From NCBI GenBank assembly GCA_964230645.1, contig CAXRHT010000003.1, positions 448,001-512,000 of the forward strand: DNA of 64,000 nucleotides, written 5' to 3'. The stretch's first letter is position 1. Every line of letters begins with the position of its first letter. This document shows, piece by piece, positions 8,517 through 17,875 of this stretch. The DNA comes from Bdellovibrionales bacterium (GTDB taxonomy: Bacteria; Bdellovibrionota; Bdellovibrionia; Bdellovibrionales; JAGQZY01). A program made the position numbers and the translations under genes. The notes below the pieces were generated by a model. It did no database searches, was not told where the DNA came from, and saw nothing but the letters and a program-made list of their open reading frames with translations.

Positions 8517-10085
8517 TTAGTTGGACTGACATTCCGCAGGCAGTTGTCTGATTTCCTCTCTCGATAGGCGAGAGTAGTCATTTGGACAAGCGCTTGTGGT
8601 TGCACCGTTTATTGATAGCACCTCTCTCGGATTGTACTGGAACCACATATCAAAAGCTGTTCCGAGTTTTAACCCAGCTCCTCTTGGAGCTTCAAATCCG
8701 ACAATGGATTTGTAGGCGATATCATTACCATACTGATCCGTTTCAAAGAACTTCGCGTTATAGATCAGGTGGATATAAGTAATGTCTTTTTCCGACAGCG
8801 TTGAAAGCTCATTTTGTCTTTCGTCGGCTGTGTCTACATTTCCGTCACGGTTGTAGTCGTGCCACACTCTGAGTCGAGAGAAAACAGCGTCGTTTCGGTC
8901 TATATAACCATCAGAGAAGTTCTCGTCAGAATCAGTCGCATCACCTTTGTCCCATTTCATTAGGGCATGGAATCCATCTTTAGCAAAAGGTTGGTGCGTG
9001 TTTGGACCAAAAGTGTTGTCTCCGAAGAGTTGGTCGATTCCGAGTACGTTTCCATTCTCATCAGGAAGGACAAGGAACTGGTATCTTGTTTGGCTGGCTT
9101 GAATCCAACTAATTTGGTACTTAAAGTTCTTTCCAGCTTCATTGATGTGAAGGAAGTCACCGGTGTCTAAGCGTGTTTGGTGCTGTCTTCCAAGAAGGTT
9201 GAACTGAGTTCCATCTTCAGGAGAAGAAAGATCTAGGTCACCACTCTGGAAGTAAGAGTCACCAGAGTTTCTTAGAGTTTCGGCATCAGCATAGGCTACT
9301 CCAACTGTGTCGACCATAAGTGGATCACCACCACCGTCGCCACCGCCGTCACCGCCGCCGTCGCCGCCACCGTCACCACCGCCGTCTCCACCGCGATCGT
9401 CATCATCGTCACCACCGTTGTTACAACGAGCAAGTCTAGGATTTCTGACACAAGGATCGACTGGATCTGGAGTATCGATTACTGGTGGAGCAGGAGGCTC
9501 GATCACAGGAGGCTCAACAACCACCTGACAACGAGTTCTGTTTCCGTTTAATACGTCACAACGCTCACAACGACGTGAAGGTTGATCGGCATTTCCACCG
9601 AAGAATATATATTGATTGTTTCCGTCACAGCGTTGCACAAGACAAACGGGAACTTCGATTCCATCAACAACTCTTGTTCCTCGAGTTACACAAGGACGAC
9701 AACGAGTATAAGTTCCGTCTGGTTTTAGCACCTGAAAACGGTTTCTATTATTAGGGCAAAATTGAAAAGGAGGAAGAGGGGTTGGCTCATCCACGATCAC
9801 TGTCGGCTCTTCCGGCTCAGGAGTCGGTTCCTCTGTAGGAATTGTCGGCTCTTCAGGCTCTGGTACATCTCCACCGTAGTCGGTCGGAAGACCGTCATCG
9901 AGGGGATCGCTACCAACGAAAGAATTTCCTTGGGGATCTTCAAATACTGGGTTTTGTGATAAATGGGCATCCGTTTCTGATCCCGAGAAAGAAGCAAACT
10001 GGTTACAGTTCGAAATTCCTATGAGCATCAAAACTAAGATGGCAGATTTAATCACTCCGTTAAATATGCTCTTAGTGTTAGTCAT
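8517..10085 (-). CDS. secreted modular protein (signal/lipobox-like N-terminus, Pro/Glu linker, Cys-rich region, GGDG repeats, Asp-rich putative Ca-binding C-terminal domain)
   Basis: ATG 10085 has a GGAGG RBS at 10093-10097; hydrophobic N-terminus ending ISNC; C-terminal DPLMVD...GIDQLFGDN...DGYIDRND...WHDYNRDG Dx(D/N)xDG-like loops. Confidence 0.75.
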   Translation of the reverse strand: MTNTKSIFNGVIKSAILVLMLIGISNCNQFASFSGSETDAHLSQNPVFEDPQGNSFVGSDPLDDGLPTDYGGDVPEPEEPTIPTEEPTPEPEEPTVIVDEPTPLPPFQFCPNNRNRFQVLKPDGTYTRCRPCVTRGTRVVDGIEVPVCLVQRCDGNNQYIFFGGNADQPSRRCERCDVLNGNRTRCQVVVEPPVIEPPAPPVIDTPDPVDPCVRNPRLARCNNGGDDDDDRGGDGGGDGGGDGGGDGGGDGGGDPLMVDTVGVAYADAETLRNSGDSYFQSGDLDLSSPEDGTQFNLLGRQHQTRLDTGDFLHINEAGKNFKYQISWIQASQTRYQFLVLPDENGNVLGIDQLFGDNTFGPNTHQPFAKDGFHALMKWDKGDATDSDENFSDGYIDRNDAVFSRLRVWHDYNRDGNVDTADERQNELSTLSEKDITYIHLIYNAKFFETDQYGNDIAYKSIVGFEAPRGAGLKLGTAFDMWFQYNPREVLSINGATTSACPNDYSRLSREEIRQLPAECQSN

Positions 10086-10116
10086 TAAAAAACCTCCTAT
10101 TGACAACATTTATTAA

Positions 10117-10133
10117 AGCAATAGGAGTACCAA
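10117..10133 (-). promoter_or_regulatory. sigma54 (-24/-12) promoter
   Basis: Minus strand reads TTGGTAC-TCCTA-TTGCT, ~30 nt upstream of ATG 10085. Confidence 0.7.
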
Positions 10134-10354
10134 TCTGATATTTGCCACTGAAAACGCTTTAAACAAAAAAGCAACTTTGCACCTGTAAAAAAGTTCGACG
10201 ATTCCCGTTTCATACTGAAACAACTAGGCTTTTATTGTGTAAACTCTGTACACACCAAAACGACAAAAAGGGGCACTAGTGGCCTTTCCTATAGAAATTT
10301 AAAAGCTTTGATGAGATAATTAATTATCTTTTAAGTCTTGAGTGGGGGAACTCT

Positions 10355-11833
10355 TTGTCTAGAAAAAGCTTAGCCTTTTTTATTGTTCTATCAGGAATGG
10401 CCATCTTGCTGTTTCAAAACTGCGGTCAAGGCTTTCAGAAAACCGATGGATCCAGTGGTCTATCCTTCTGTAAGCTTCAAACCCAAGAAAGCTCACCCTT
10501 TGTTTCCAGTAAAGTTGCAATTAAAAGTAGTGTTTTCAGCAGTCAGCATAAATTAAAGATCGATACAGAGGAAAAAAAGTATTCTCTTATCGTAAATAGT
10601 CAGTGTCTCAATGACTTAAGTGAACCTTTAGACTTCTTGGGGCAAGACATTGTCGTTCCCAATAAATTTAAAGACTATGAGAAGGTTGCTACAAATATAT
10701 CCCTTCCTCTTACCGTGAGCATTGAGGCGCTTGAAGAAGAGATTGAGAAATCAGAATGCCTCATAGCCATTGCTGAGAACGAAGAGGTAAAAGCTTCGGC
10801 TTTAAGAGCTCAGCCGGTCAACGACCCGGAGGCAAGAAGGCAGGCTCATTTAACTTATCTAGGACATTCTACTGCTAGAGGACTGATGGTGGATATCACA
10901 GAGCCCGTCGTTGTGGCCTTTGTAGATTCTGGAGTGGATATCGATCATCCAGAAATTAGTTCAAGACTTTGGAGTGATGCCAACGGGAACCATGGGACCA
11001 ATATAGTTGGAAACAATGATGACGTGGATGATTTTGACAGCCATGGAACCCATGTTGCTGGAATTGTTGCTGCCGCAGAAAATAACGGTCAAGGGGGCTC
11101 TGGACTCACTGACTCTTTTGTAGAAGTGATGGCGATAAAAGTGCTTGAACGCGGCGCCGGGAATTCTCAAAATGTTGCTAATGGTATTCGTTGGGCTGTT
11201 AGAAATGGTGCTGATATTATTAATTTAAGTATTGAGGCTCGCGGGCAGAATCTTCAAATAGAAGACGCCATTAGAGAGGCTGTGGCTGCCGGCGTTTTTA
11301 TCACTGCGGCTGCGGGGAATCAGTCTGAGCAAATTACCACATCAAACCTTTTTGCTCCCGCTTACCTCGGTCCACAACTAAACGGAGTGATGTCTGTGGG
11401 CTCAATTGATGTTACCGATAATCTTCTCTCACTTTTTTCAAACTTTAGTTCGACATTCGTTGAAATCGCAGCCCCTGGAGCTGAAACCTCTAGTAATGCG
11501 ACAAATGCTGGAGGCATTCTTTCTTTAAACACCGATGGCGGTCTTGCTCGAATTCAAGGAACTTCTCAGTCGACGCCGATGGTTTCAGCGGCCGCCGCCA
11601 TGATCATTGGCTTTTTAAAAACCAACAACATTCCCTATAGCCCTGCCGGTGTGGAAAGCTTTATTAAATCGGATGGTTCGATGCTCAATGGTAGTTTAGC
11701 TTCTCAAATTGCCAGTGGTCGAATCCTTCAAATGGGTTTTCTTGCCGAGAACCTTAATGAATATATTAACTCCACCGACAAGCCTAACTTCAACGAAGAG
11801 GTCACGACCGGGAATCTTTGTCGTTTAAACTAA
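10355..11833 (+). CDS. S8 family (subtilisin-like) serine peptidase, probable lipoprotein
   Basis: Catalytic triad motifs VDSGVD, HGTHVAG and GTSQSTP; oxyanion AAAGN; N-terminal LLFQNC. Confidence 0.9.
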   Translation: MSRKSLAFFIVLSGMAILLFQNCGQGFQKTDGSSGLSFCKLQTQESSPFVSSKVAIKSSVFSSQHKLKIDTEEKKYSLIVNSQCLNDLSEPLDFLGQDIVVPNKFKDYEKVATNISLPLTVSIEALEEEIEKSECLIAIAENEEVKASALRAQPVNDPEARRQAHLTYLGHSTARGLMVDITEPVVVAFVDSGVDIDHPEISSRLWSDANGNHGTNIVGNNDDVDDFDSHGTHVAGIVAAAENNGQGGSGLTDSFVEVMAIKVLERGAGNSQNVANGIRWAVRNGADIINLSIEARGQNLQIEDAIREAVAAGVFITAAAGNQSEQITTSNLFAPAYLGPQLNGVMSVGSIDVTDNLLSLFSNFSSTFVEIAAPGAETSSNATNAGGILSLNTDGGLARIQGTSQSTPMVSAAAAMIIGFLKTNNIPYSPAGVESFIKSDGSMLNGSLASQIASGRILQMGFLAENLNEYINSTDKPNFNEEVTTGNLCRLN

Positions 11834-11951
11834 ATCACAAAAAACCCTTCTATATAGTGAACCAATAAAAAGTTGCTATTTTACGCAAGCTATAAAGTTC
11901 ACTTGGTTGACAAGGCTTTTGGTGAAGAGCTAACAGTGCTTTAACAAGATG

Positions 11952-12034
11952 AACTCAAGGGGTGGTTTTTTAAACCTGAGATCCTAACGGAAACCCTATG
12001 AACCTGATGCGGTTTGTACCGCCGGAGGGATGAG
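11952..12034 (+). ncRNA. TPP (thiamine pyrophosphate) riboswitch
   Basis: Conserved blocks GGGGTG, CTGAGA, ACCC and GAACCTGAT; P5 GCGGT-TTGT-ACCGC; CGGAGGGA; P1 CTCA(11954-57)/TGAG(12031-34). Confidence 0.9.
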
Positions 12035-13990
12035 ATGCTAAAGCTTTTTCTATTATTGTTTTCCGTAACCCACATATATAGTATCGAGAAAATTGAAGTC
12101 TTAAGAGGACAGATCGAAAAGAATGAGCCCTCTTGGTTTTTGAGGACTCAGGCTGAGGATCAGTTTTTACAGACACCTAATTTAAACTTCTCAAGTGGCG
12201 GCAATCGCAGCCGTTTTTTCCAAATAAGAGGAATTGGTGCCCACAGTCAGTACGACACTTTTAATTCTTCCGAAGTAGGCTATTTCTATGAAGGTATTGA
12301 TCTATCTGAAAACCCACAAGCCAGCTTCCTTGGGTTTGGCCAAGACTTTTTTATTCATAAAACTTCCCAGACAAGCGATTGGGGTGGGGGAGCAATGGGT
12401 GGCATGGCGGAGCTTTCTCATTGCTCGCCGGAGTATTGTCCAAGGCTAAGAAGCTCCATCCTTATCAATAATAGCCCCGGGGCAAGCCTTGTGCTTTCCG
12501 TTCCCTTAGAGATTTCAGAAAACTGGTGGGTGAGTTTTCAGGGAGCAAGGAGAATTGAGGAGGGATTCCAATTTAATAATTTTTTAAGTGATAAAACAGG
12601 AGGAAGGGATGAGAGCTTTTATGAAATCCATCAATATTTTGCTTTGGAAAAATTGGCTATCGAAACTCACCACCTTCACAGTGATTTAAACAATGGCTAT
12701 GACCATTTTTCTCACAACAACAATCGCATCACCCATTCCGACCGGCCAGGGAAAGAAAGTTTAGACATATGGGGCCATTCGTTAAGACTTACACGCAACT
12801 GGCAGAGTGTCGCGGTTAGTTTTCTCACAAGCTTGAGTCAGTCCGATTTCAATCAGTCTTTTGATGAAGATTGGCGCAATGATGAGTACTGGCAGACTCT
12901 TCCCGGTTGGAATCAGAATTACGATTACCACAGTGAAAATCAGTTTAAGAAAACGAAATGGCACAACAAACTAGAGCTTGATGCAAAAAGTTGGAAGCTT
13001 GGCATCCATGCCTACCAATTTGAAGACGAACTTGAAAATGAAGGCTTTGAAGATGTGGCCTCACGCGGCTTAACAAGAGGAGAAATGCTGCGCCAAGGGC
13101 TGGCCCTTTTCTCTGAGGTGAGTTTACTTTCAAACTCTTCGAAACGTATGAGTCTTAAGGCAAGGGGAGACTGGCAGGAAACCCAACTTATAAGTCCTCA
13201 AGAAAAATTAGATCAAAACTTTTTTTACTCTTTTGAAACCTCCTACCGGCAGAATCTTAGCTTTACAGAGATGAATTGGACCTTAGGACGCTCTTACCGA
13301 GGAGGGGGGTACAACCTTGAGGCCTCAGCCGTTGGGGAGAGGAGAAGCTTTGAGCCTGAGACTTTTTATTTTATCCAGTCTGAATTCAATGAGCTCTTTG
13401 GGTTCAATAATGAGCAGTGGACCTTGTTTTATCATTTTAGAGAAAACCAGCAATTGCGAACCTCCTTTCAAGACGATCTTAACGACCCCTCAAGTTTTAC
13501 CACAATCACTCAAAACTCTGGAAACTCTGAAGCCTTTGGTATTGAGTGGGAGAAATCAGTAGAGGTTGATCCCTTCTTGTTTCAAATCTCACTCGGTGGT
13601 CTTTTTTCTCATTTTAAAGAGTATCAGTCTCCATCGGGATCACTAAAAGGGAGGCAAACGCCTTATGCGCCACTTTATAGTTTTAGGCTCTTAAGCCGCT
13701 ATCAGTTCACTCAAAATTTCAATCTGGAAATGCTTTTTTACGGAAAAGATGAGTTTTACTTTTCCAATAGTCACAATCAGAAATCCACCGCTTTTGAATT
13801 ACTTGATTTGTCTTTCAATTATCAAATGGGTGCTTTTAGTACTTCCATCTTTGTTAAGAACTTGCTGGATCGTACTTACGCACAAAGGGGCTTTTATTTT
13901 AGTAATGAACCACCTACCTGGCGGACTGAGCTTTATACTCAGCCAGAGCCACCTAGAATTTTTGGGGTGCAGATTTCTTATTTCTTGTAA
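12035..13990 (+). CDS. TonB-dependent outer-membrane receptor, probably for thiamine uptake
   Basis: Signal peptide from ATG 12035; plug motif TPNLNFSSGGNRSRFFQIRGIG; C-terminal FVKNLLDRTY...PRIFGVQISYFL; preceded by the TPP riboswitch. Confidence 0.85.
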   Translation: MLKLFLLLFSVTHIYSIEKIEVLRGQIEKNEPSWFLRTQAEDQFLQTPNLNFSSGGNRSRFFQIRGIGAHSQYDTFNSSEVGYFYEGIDLSENPQASFLGFGQDFFIHKTSQTSDWGGGAMGGMAELSHCSPEYCPRLRSSILINNSPGASLVLSVPLEISENWWVSFQGARRIEEGFQFNNFLSDKTGGRDESFYEIHQYFALEKLAIETHHLHSDLNNGYDHFSHNNNRITHSDRPGKESLDIWGHSLRLTRNWQSVAVSFLTSLSQSDFNQSFDEDWRNDEYWQTLPGWNQNYDYHSENQFKKTKWHNKLELDAKSWKLGIHAYQFEDELENEGFEDVASRGLTRGEMLRQGLALFSEVSLLSNSSKRMSLKARGDWQETQLISPQEKLDQNFFYSFETSYRQNLSFTEMNWTLGRSYRGGGYNLEASAVGERRSFEPETFYFIQSEFNELFGFNNEQWTLFYHFRENQQLRTSFQDDLNDPSSFTTITQNSGNSEAFGIEWEKSVEVDPFLFQISLGGLFSHFKEYQSPSGSLKGRQTPYAPLYSFRLLSRYQFTQNFNLEMLFYGKDEFYFSNSHNQKSTAFELLDLSFNYQMGAFSTSIFVKNLLDRTYAQRGFYFSNEPPTWRTELYTQPEPPRIFGVQISYFL

Positions 13991-14824
13991 TTAGCCTAGA
14001 AGCTTTAGAGCCATATTTTTGATTTGATTGGCTTGCCCGAGAACCGAAGCCCCTGACTGCATCAAGATATTTTGCTTCGCCAGTTCTGCGGTTTCCTCCG
14101 CCACATCTGTATCTCGTATTCGACTGTTAGCAGCCGATAGATTCTCGTGAGCTACGGCGAGATTGTTCATGGTTGAAATCAGTCGATTCTGAAGAGCACC
14201 GAAATTGGCTCTCATTTTATTCACTCGAAGCATCGCTTCATCAATCACACCCAAAGTGTTCTGAGCTCCTTGTTTTGAAGAGATCGCTTCAGCGGCAATG
14301 CCAAGACTAGTGAGGCCTGCATTAGCCTCGCCAGAGTCAAAGCTTATGCGGTCATTAAACGGGTTATTATGGACACCCACTTGAAAATCAAGAAGTCCAC
14401 CGGTTCCGTTTAAAAGATTTGTGCTGTTAAATTGAGTGACTTCAGAAACACGTTCAATTTCATTTTTTAACTGTTGAAATTCCACATCGGTAAATGACCT
14501 CTCACGGTCACCAACAGTGTCAGAAGAGGATTGGATGGCAAGCTCACGCATACGAATAAGCATATTACTAATTTCAGAGAGTCCACCTTCAGCCACCTGC
14601 ACCATAGAGACACCATCTTGGGCGTTACGGTTGGCCTGTTTGAGCCCACGAATTTGAGCGCGAAGATTTTCGGAGATGGCAAGCCCTGCGGCATCGTCAG
14701 CAGCACGGTTGATCCTATATCCAGAGCTTAAACGCTCAAGAGACTTCATCATTTTCAAGTTCGTATTGAAAAGTTGCCTTTGTGCATTGATGGATGGAAT
14801 ATTAGTCGCTATCCGTAATGACAT
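13991..14824 (-). CDS. fliC: flagellin
   Basis: LSSGYRINRAADDAAGLAISE, RANFGALQNRL and SRIRDTD motifs. Confidence 0.97.
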   Translation of the reverse strand: MSLRIATNIPSINAQRQLFNTNLKMMKSLERLSSGYRINRAADDAAGLAISENLRAQIRGLKQANRNAQDGVSMVQVAEGGLSEISNMLIRMRELAIQSSSDTVGDRERSFTDVEFQQLKNEIERVSEVTQFNSTNLLNGTGGLLDFQVGVHNNPFNDRISFDSGEANAGLTSLGIAAEAISSKQGAQNTLGVIDEAMLRVNKMRANFGALQNRLISTMNNLAVAHENLSAANSRIRDTDVAEETAELAKQNILMQSGASVLGQANQIKNMALKLLG

Positions 14825-15006
14825 TTAAAAAATCCCCTCAACCCTTAAGTCCAGTCCTTAAACTTCAGAGTCCATTGTTTATAAATGATATTCATTTCAT
14901 TCTTATCAAAAGTATTCGTCTAACTTTTAATCGGAGCCTGACCCGTATTGATAAAGTCTAGTTTTCAGATTTGCGTCTAGTGAGGTATAGTACTAAGAAT
15001 AGGTAA

Positions 15007-15528
15007 TTGGTTTTTATGTTCGATTTAAGAGAAACGTTAGAGAAAGCAGCAAAAGCTCTGCAATCAAAAAACATCCCGTTTGCCCTAATAGGCGGATTCG
15101 CTTTAGGCTCTCATGGAATTCATCGAGCCACTCAAGATGTCGATTTCCTTGTTGCAGGTGAGCATAAGGAAGAGGCAAAGCAATCGCTATTAGAAATTGG
15201 TTTTAAGGTTGTCTATCAGTCTAATGAGGTTTTACAACTTGAGGGGCCTGGTTACTTAGATATTCTTTTTGCTAATAGACCTCTTTCATTAGAAATGCTT
15301 TCTCAAGCAGTCGATTCATCGATCTCAGGGATAAAAGTGGTTTCACCTGAAGGTATAATCGGATTAAAAATTCAAGCCTATATGAATGATGAAGATAGGA
15401 AGCTACAAGATCTTGCCGATATTCAAAATTTAATCAATCTGGACCAAATTGATTTAGCCAATGTAAAAAAATATGCTGATTTATTTAATCAATGGGATGT
15501 CGTGAAAGCACTAAGGAAAGACAAATGA
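15007..15528 (+). CDS. nucleotidyltransferase (Pol-beta superfamily, AbiEii/DUF1814-like)
   Basis: FALIGGFAL...RATQDVDF motif and C-terminal GLKIQA...QDLADI; the start may be ATG 15016. Confidence 0.75.
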   Translation: MVFMFDLRETLEKAAKALQSKNIPFALIGGFALGSHGIHRATQDVDFLVAGEHKEEAKQSLLEIGFKVVYQSNEVLQLEGPGYLDILFANRPLSLEMLSQAVDSSISGIKVVSPEGIIGLKIQAYMNDEDRKLQDLADIQNLINLDQIDLANVKKYADLFNQWDVVKALRKDK

Positions 15529-15629
15529 AATTACAACAATATCTTGATTTTATCGAAGAATATTGGCGTCTTTTTCCCAAGCCAAAACCCAGAAAAAAAA
15601 TAGATAAAATGGAGAACATGCTTCTTTAA
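15525..15629 (+). CDS. small 34-aa protein translationally coupled to the nucleotidyltransferase
   Basis: ATGA start/stop overlap at 15525-15528; MKLQQYLDFIEEYWRLFPKPKPRKKIDKMENMLL*; too short to appear in the ORF track. Confidence 0.55.
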   Translation: MKLQQYLDFIEEYWRLFPKPKPRKKIDKMENMLL

Positions 15630-15773
15630 AACAGAGGCCAGGTCGTGTTGCTTGGCCCCTGAAGAGCAGGTTCCTGTACTGTGTGAGTACAGGATTATGA
15701 GATCAATGCGGACTCCGGCAGGGGAGGCGTGTGGTCTACACGCCTTACCTAAGAGACCGTCGTTCTTTCTTTA

Positions 15774-16619
15774 TTAAGAGAAAGAACTGTTCAAGAGTTG
15801 TAATGAAGCTTTAGCTGTTTGGTTCGCTTGTGCTAACACCGAGGTACCGGCTTGAAGCAGAATGTTTTGCTTCGTTAGGTTGGCGGTTTCTTCAGCCACA
15901 TCCACATCGCGGATTCGACTGTTAGCAGCAGCCATGTTTTCAAGCGAGATGGCCAAGTTATTGATCGTGGACATCAGCCTGTTTTGCATAGCTCCAAAGT
16001 CCGCTCTCATTGCTGATGTTGCCACAATGGCCTCATCAATCGCAGCGAGCGAGTTTTGTGCGGATGCCTTGTCAGACACGGAAGTTAAATTCACTCCCAG
16101 GGCTGCACTGTTGGCGTCGGCTTTTGAAGCGTCAAAGCTGAGTCGGTCAATATTGGGATCGTTTCTTGTTCCTACTTGGAAATCAAGGATCGCTCCTGTT
16201 CCACTCAGTAGGGGTGTCCCGTTAAATTCTGTACTATCAGCAATTCGGTCAACTTCATCAACCAATTGTTGGTATTCTACATCAAGAAGTTGTCTTTCGA
16301 CAGGGCCAATGGTGTCCGAGGCCGCCTGAACTCCGAGCTCTCTTAATCGAATCAGGATGTTTGAAATTTCCTGCATTCCACCTTCAGCTACTTGTAGCAT
16401 AGACACACCATCTTGGGCGTTTCTCCAGGCCACTTTGAGTCCGCGAATTTGACCTCGCAAGTTTTCAGAGATTGCTAAGCCTGCCGCATCATCACCGGCA
16501 CGGTTAATTCTGTAACCAGAACTTAACTTCTCCAAGCTTTTATCCATGGCTATCTTAGTACCGTACAAATTCCTTTGTGCGTTTAAAGACGCCGTGTTCG
16601 TATTAATTCGTAGGCCCAT
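15774..16619 (-). CDS. fliC: flagellin
   Basis: LSSGYRINRAGDDAAGLAISE, RADFGAMQNRL and SRIRDVD motifs; GGAGG RBS. Confidence 0.97.
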   Translation of the reverse strand: MGLRINTNTASLNAQRNLYGTKIAMDKSLEKLSSGYRINRAGDDAAGLAISENLRGQIRGLKVAWRNAQDGVSMLQVAEGGMQEISNILIRLRELGVQAASDTIGPVERQLLDVEYQQLVDEVDRIADSTEFNGTPLLSGTGAILDFQVGTRNDPNIDRLSFDASKADANSAALGVNLTSVSDKASAQNSLAAIDEAIVATSAMRADFGAMQNRLMSTINNLAISLENMAAANSRIRDVDVAEETANLTKQNILLQAGTSVLAQANQTAKASLQLLNSSFS

Positions 16620-16704
16620 GACTTCCTCCTTGAAAGTATGAATGCATCAGTTCCTTCGATGCAGGAGTACTTAAACTCCAAGGGCGATTTAACTATCACC
16701 TGGC

Positions 16705-16731
16705 TATTCGGTGTTTCAGTCTGGGACTTTA
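16705..16731 (-). promoter_or_regulatory. sigma28 (FliA) promoter of flagellin
   Basis: Minus strand reads TAAA-N15-ACCGAATA. Confidence 0.65.
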
Positions 16732-16886
16732 AGAAATATTCTCATTTTTAGGCATTTCTGGGCTAAAGGACTGTAAAAAGGCTAATCAAATCGAAAATAA
16801 GATTTTTAGAGGTTGGTTGGTAATTAATGAAAAAGATTATTAGAAGGGATTCCAGTAAAATTGGGAGATCCCTTCTTAATATAAGG

Positions 16887-17570
16887 TTACATAGAAATGT
16901 AGGATTCTGTGGGCTGTTGATAATTACGATAGCTCTTAGTTTCTTCTAAATACTCAAGCACTCGCCGAGTTTCAGCGCCACTGGTTCTATCTTCACTTCT
17001 ATCGTCGTTGTCTGCGTCAGCAATGGGTGTCGTCGGCTCTGGACTTTCATCTTCTGAATCTGCTACAACATTAGGTTCTTCCTCCGAATCGTCGTCGCCT
17101 TGATCGTCTGCGATTTCGCCTGCGATATCAGAAAAGTGGTTTTCAGGATTCTCTTCTTCTTCCTGCCGAATCTGGGCGTCATCGGGTAGTGCATTGGAAA
17201 CCTCAGCAACCTGAAGTAAGGTCAAACCATTAAGATCAGAACAATTAAATGTGGCATTGTTGTTGATAGCTAGACCTTGGCAGTTTTGGTTACACTGCAT
17301 GAGAGTCGTTTGAACTCGACGAACATAAGTATGCACTCGGCTTCCCGGCTCGTAGTCTCCATCGGTGAGACGAAAGGTTGATAAAGGTTGATTGAGCGGG
17401 TTACGAAACTCTCCTAATATATCGTTAAACAGAAAAGCATTTGTTCTTAGCTCCATTAAGGGCGAGAGAAACTCTTTGCATTGAGCTCCATTGGTGACCT
17501 CTGCATTGGAAAAACTAGAACCAAGGCAAATAAATGCGAGGAGTATGAGTTTCAACTGAAATTTAAACAT
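16887..17570 (-). CDS. hypothetical secreted protein with acidic C-terminal half
   Basis: Signal peptide (..SSFSNA-E), several Cys, D/E-rich tail, GGAGG RBS. Confidence 0.7.
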   Translation of the reverse strand: MFKFQLKLILLAFICLGSSFSNAEVTNGAQCKEFLSPLMELRTNAFLFNDILGEFRNPLNQPLSTFRLTDGDYEPGSRVHTYVRRVQTTLMQCNQNCQGLAINNNATFNCSDLNGLTLLQVAEVSNALPDDAQIRQEEEENPENHFSDIAGEIADDQGDDDSEEEPNVVADSEDESPEPTTPIADADNDDRSEDRTSGAETRRVLEYLEETKSYRNYQQPTESYISM

Positions 17571-17605
17571 GGAAATCCTCCAAATTTCGTTACAACCTAT
17601 GAAAT

Positions 17606-17622
17606 TGCAAAGCCCAGGCCAC
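17606..17622 (-). promoter_or_regulatory. sigma54 (-24/-12) promoter
   Basis: Minus strand reads GTGGCCT-GGGCT-TTGCA, ~35 nt upstream of ATG 17570. Confidence 0.6.
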
Positions 17623-17875
17623 GTCAGACTGGATTTGTTTGTATTTGAGACAGAAATGACATTTTACGTTCGCTAAGCGTCGAATTTCTAAACAGTCATG
17701 CTAATAGTGGTGGGCCCATTCTGCTGAAATTGCCTTGGGACAAAGCTGCCAAGCAAGCTTGTCAAAGGTCTAGTTTTGTTAAATCTCCTGTTTCAAAGGC
17801 CATGCCGTCCTACAAATTTTCTTATAAGTGTGGATAATTGAAGATGGAGATATTTGAAATATTGGAGATGCCATA

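Noticed and set aside
12014..12034. ORF-track start (TTG 12014) of the TonB receptor
   Set aside because: It lies inside the TPP aptamer; ATG 12035 gives a normal signal peptide and has an SD
15635..15750. Cluster of hairpins between the small peptide gene and the flagellin 3' end as an sRNA
   Set aside because: Adequately explained as terminator or stability hairpins of convergent transcripts; no promoter evidence
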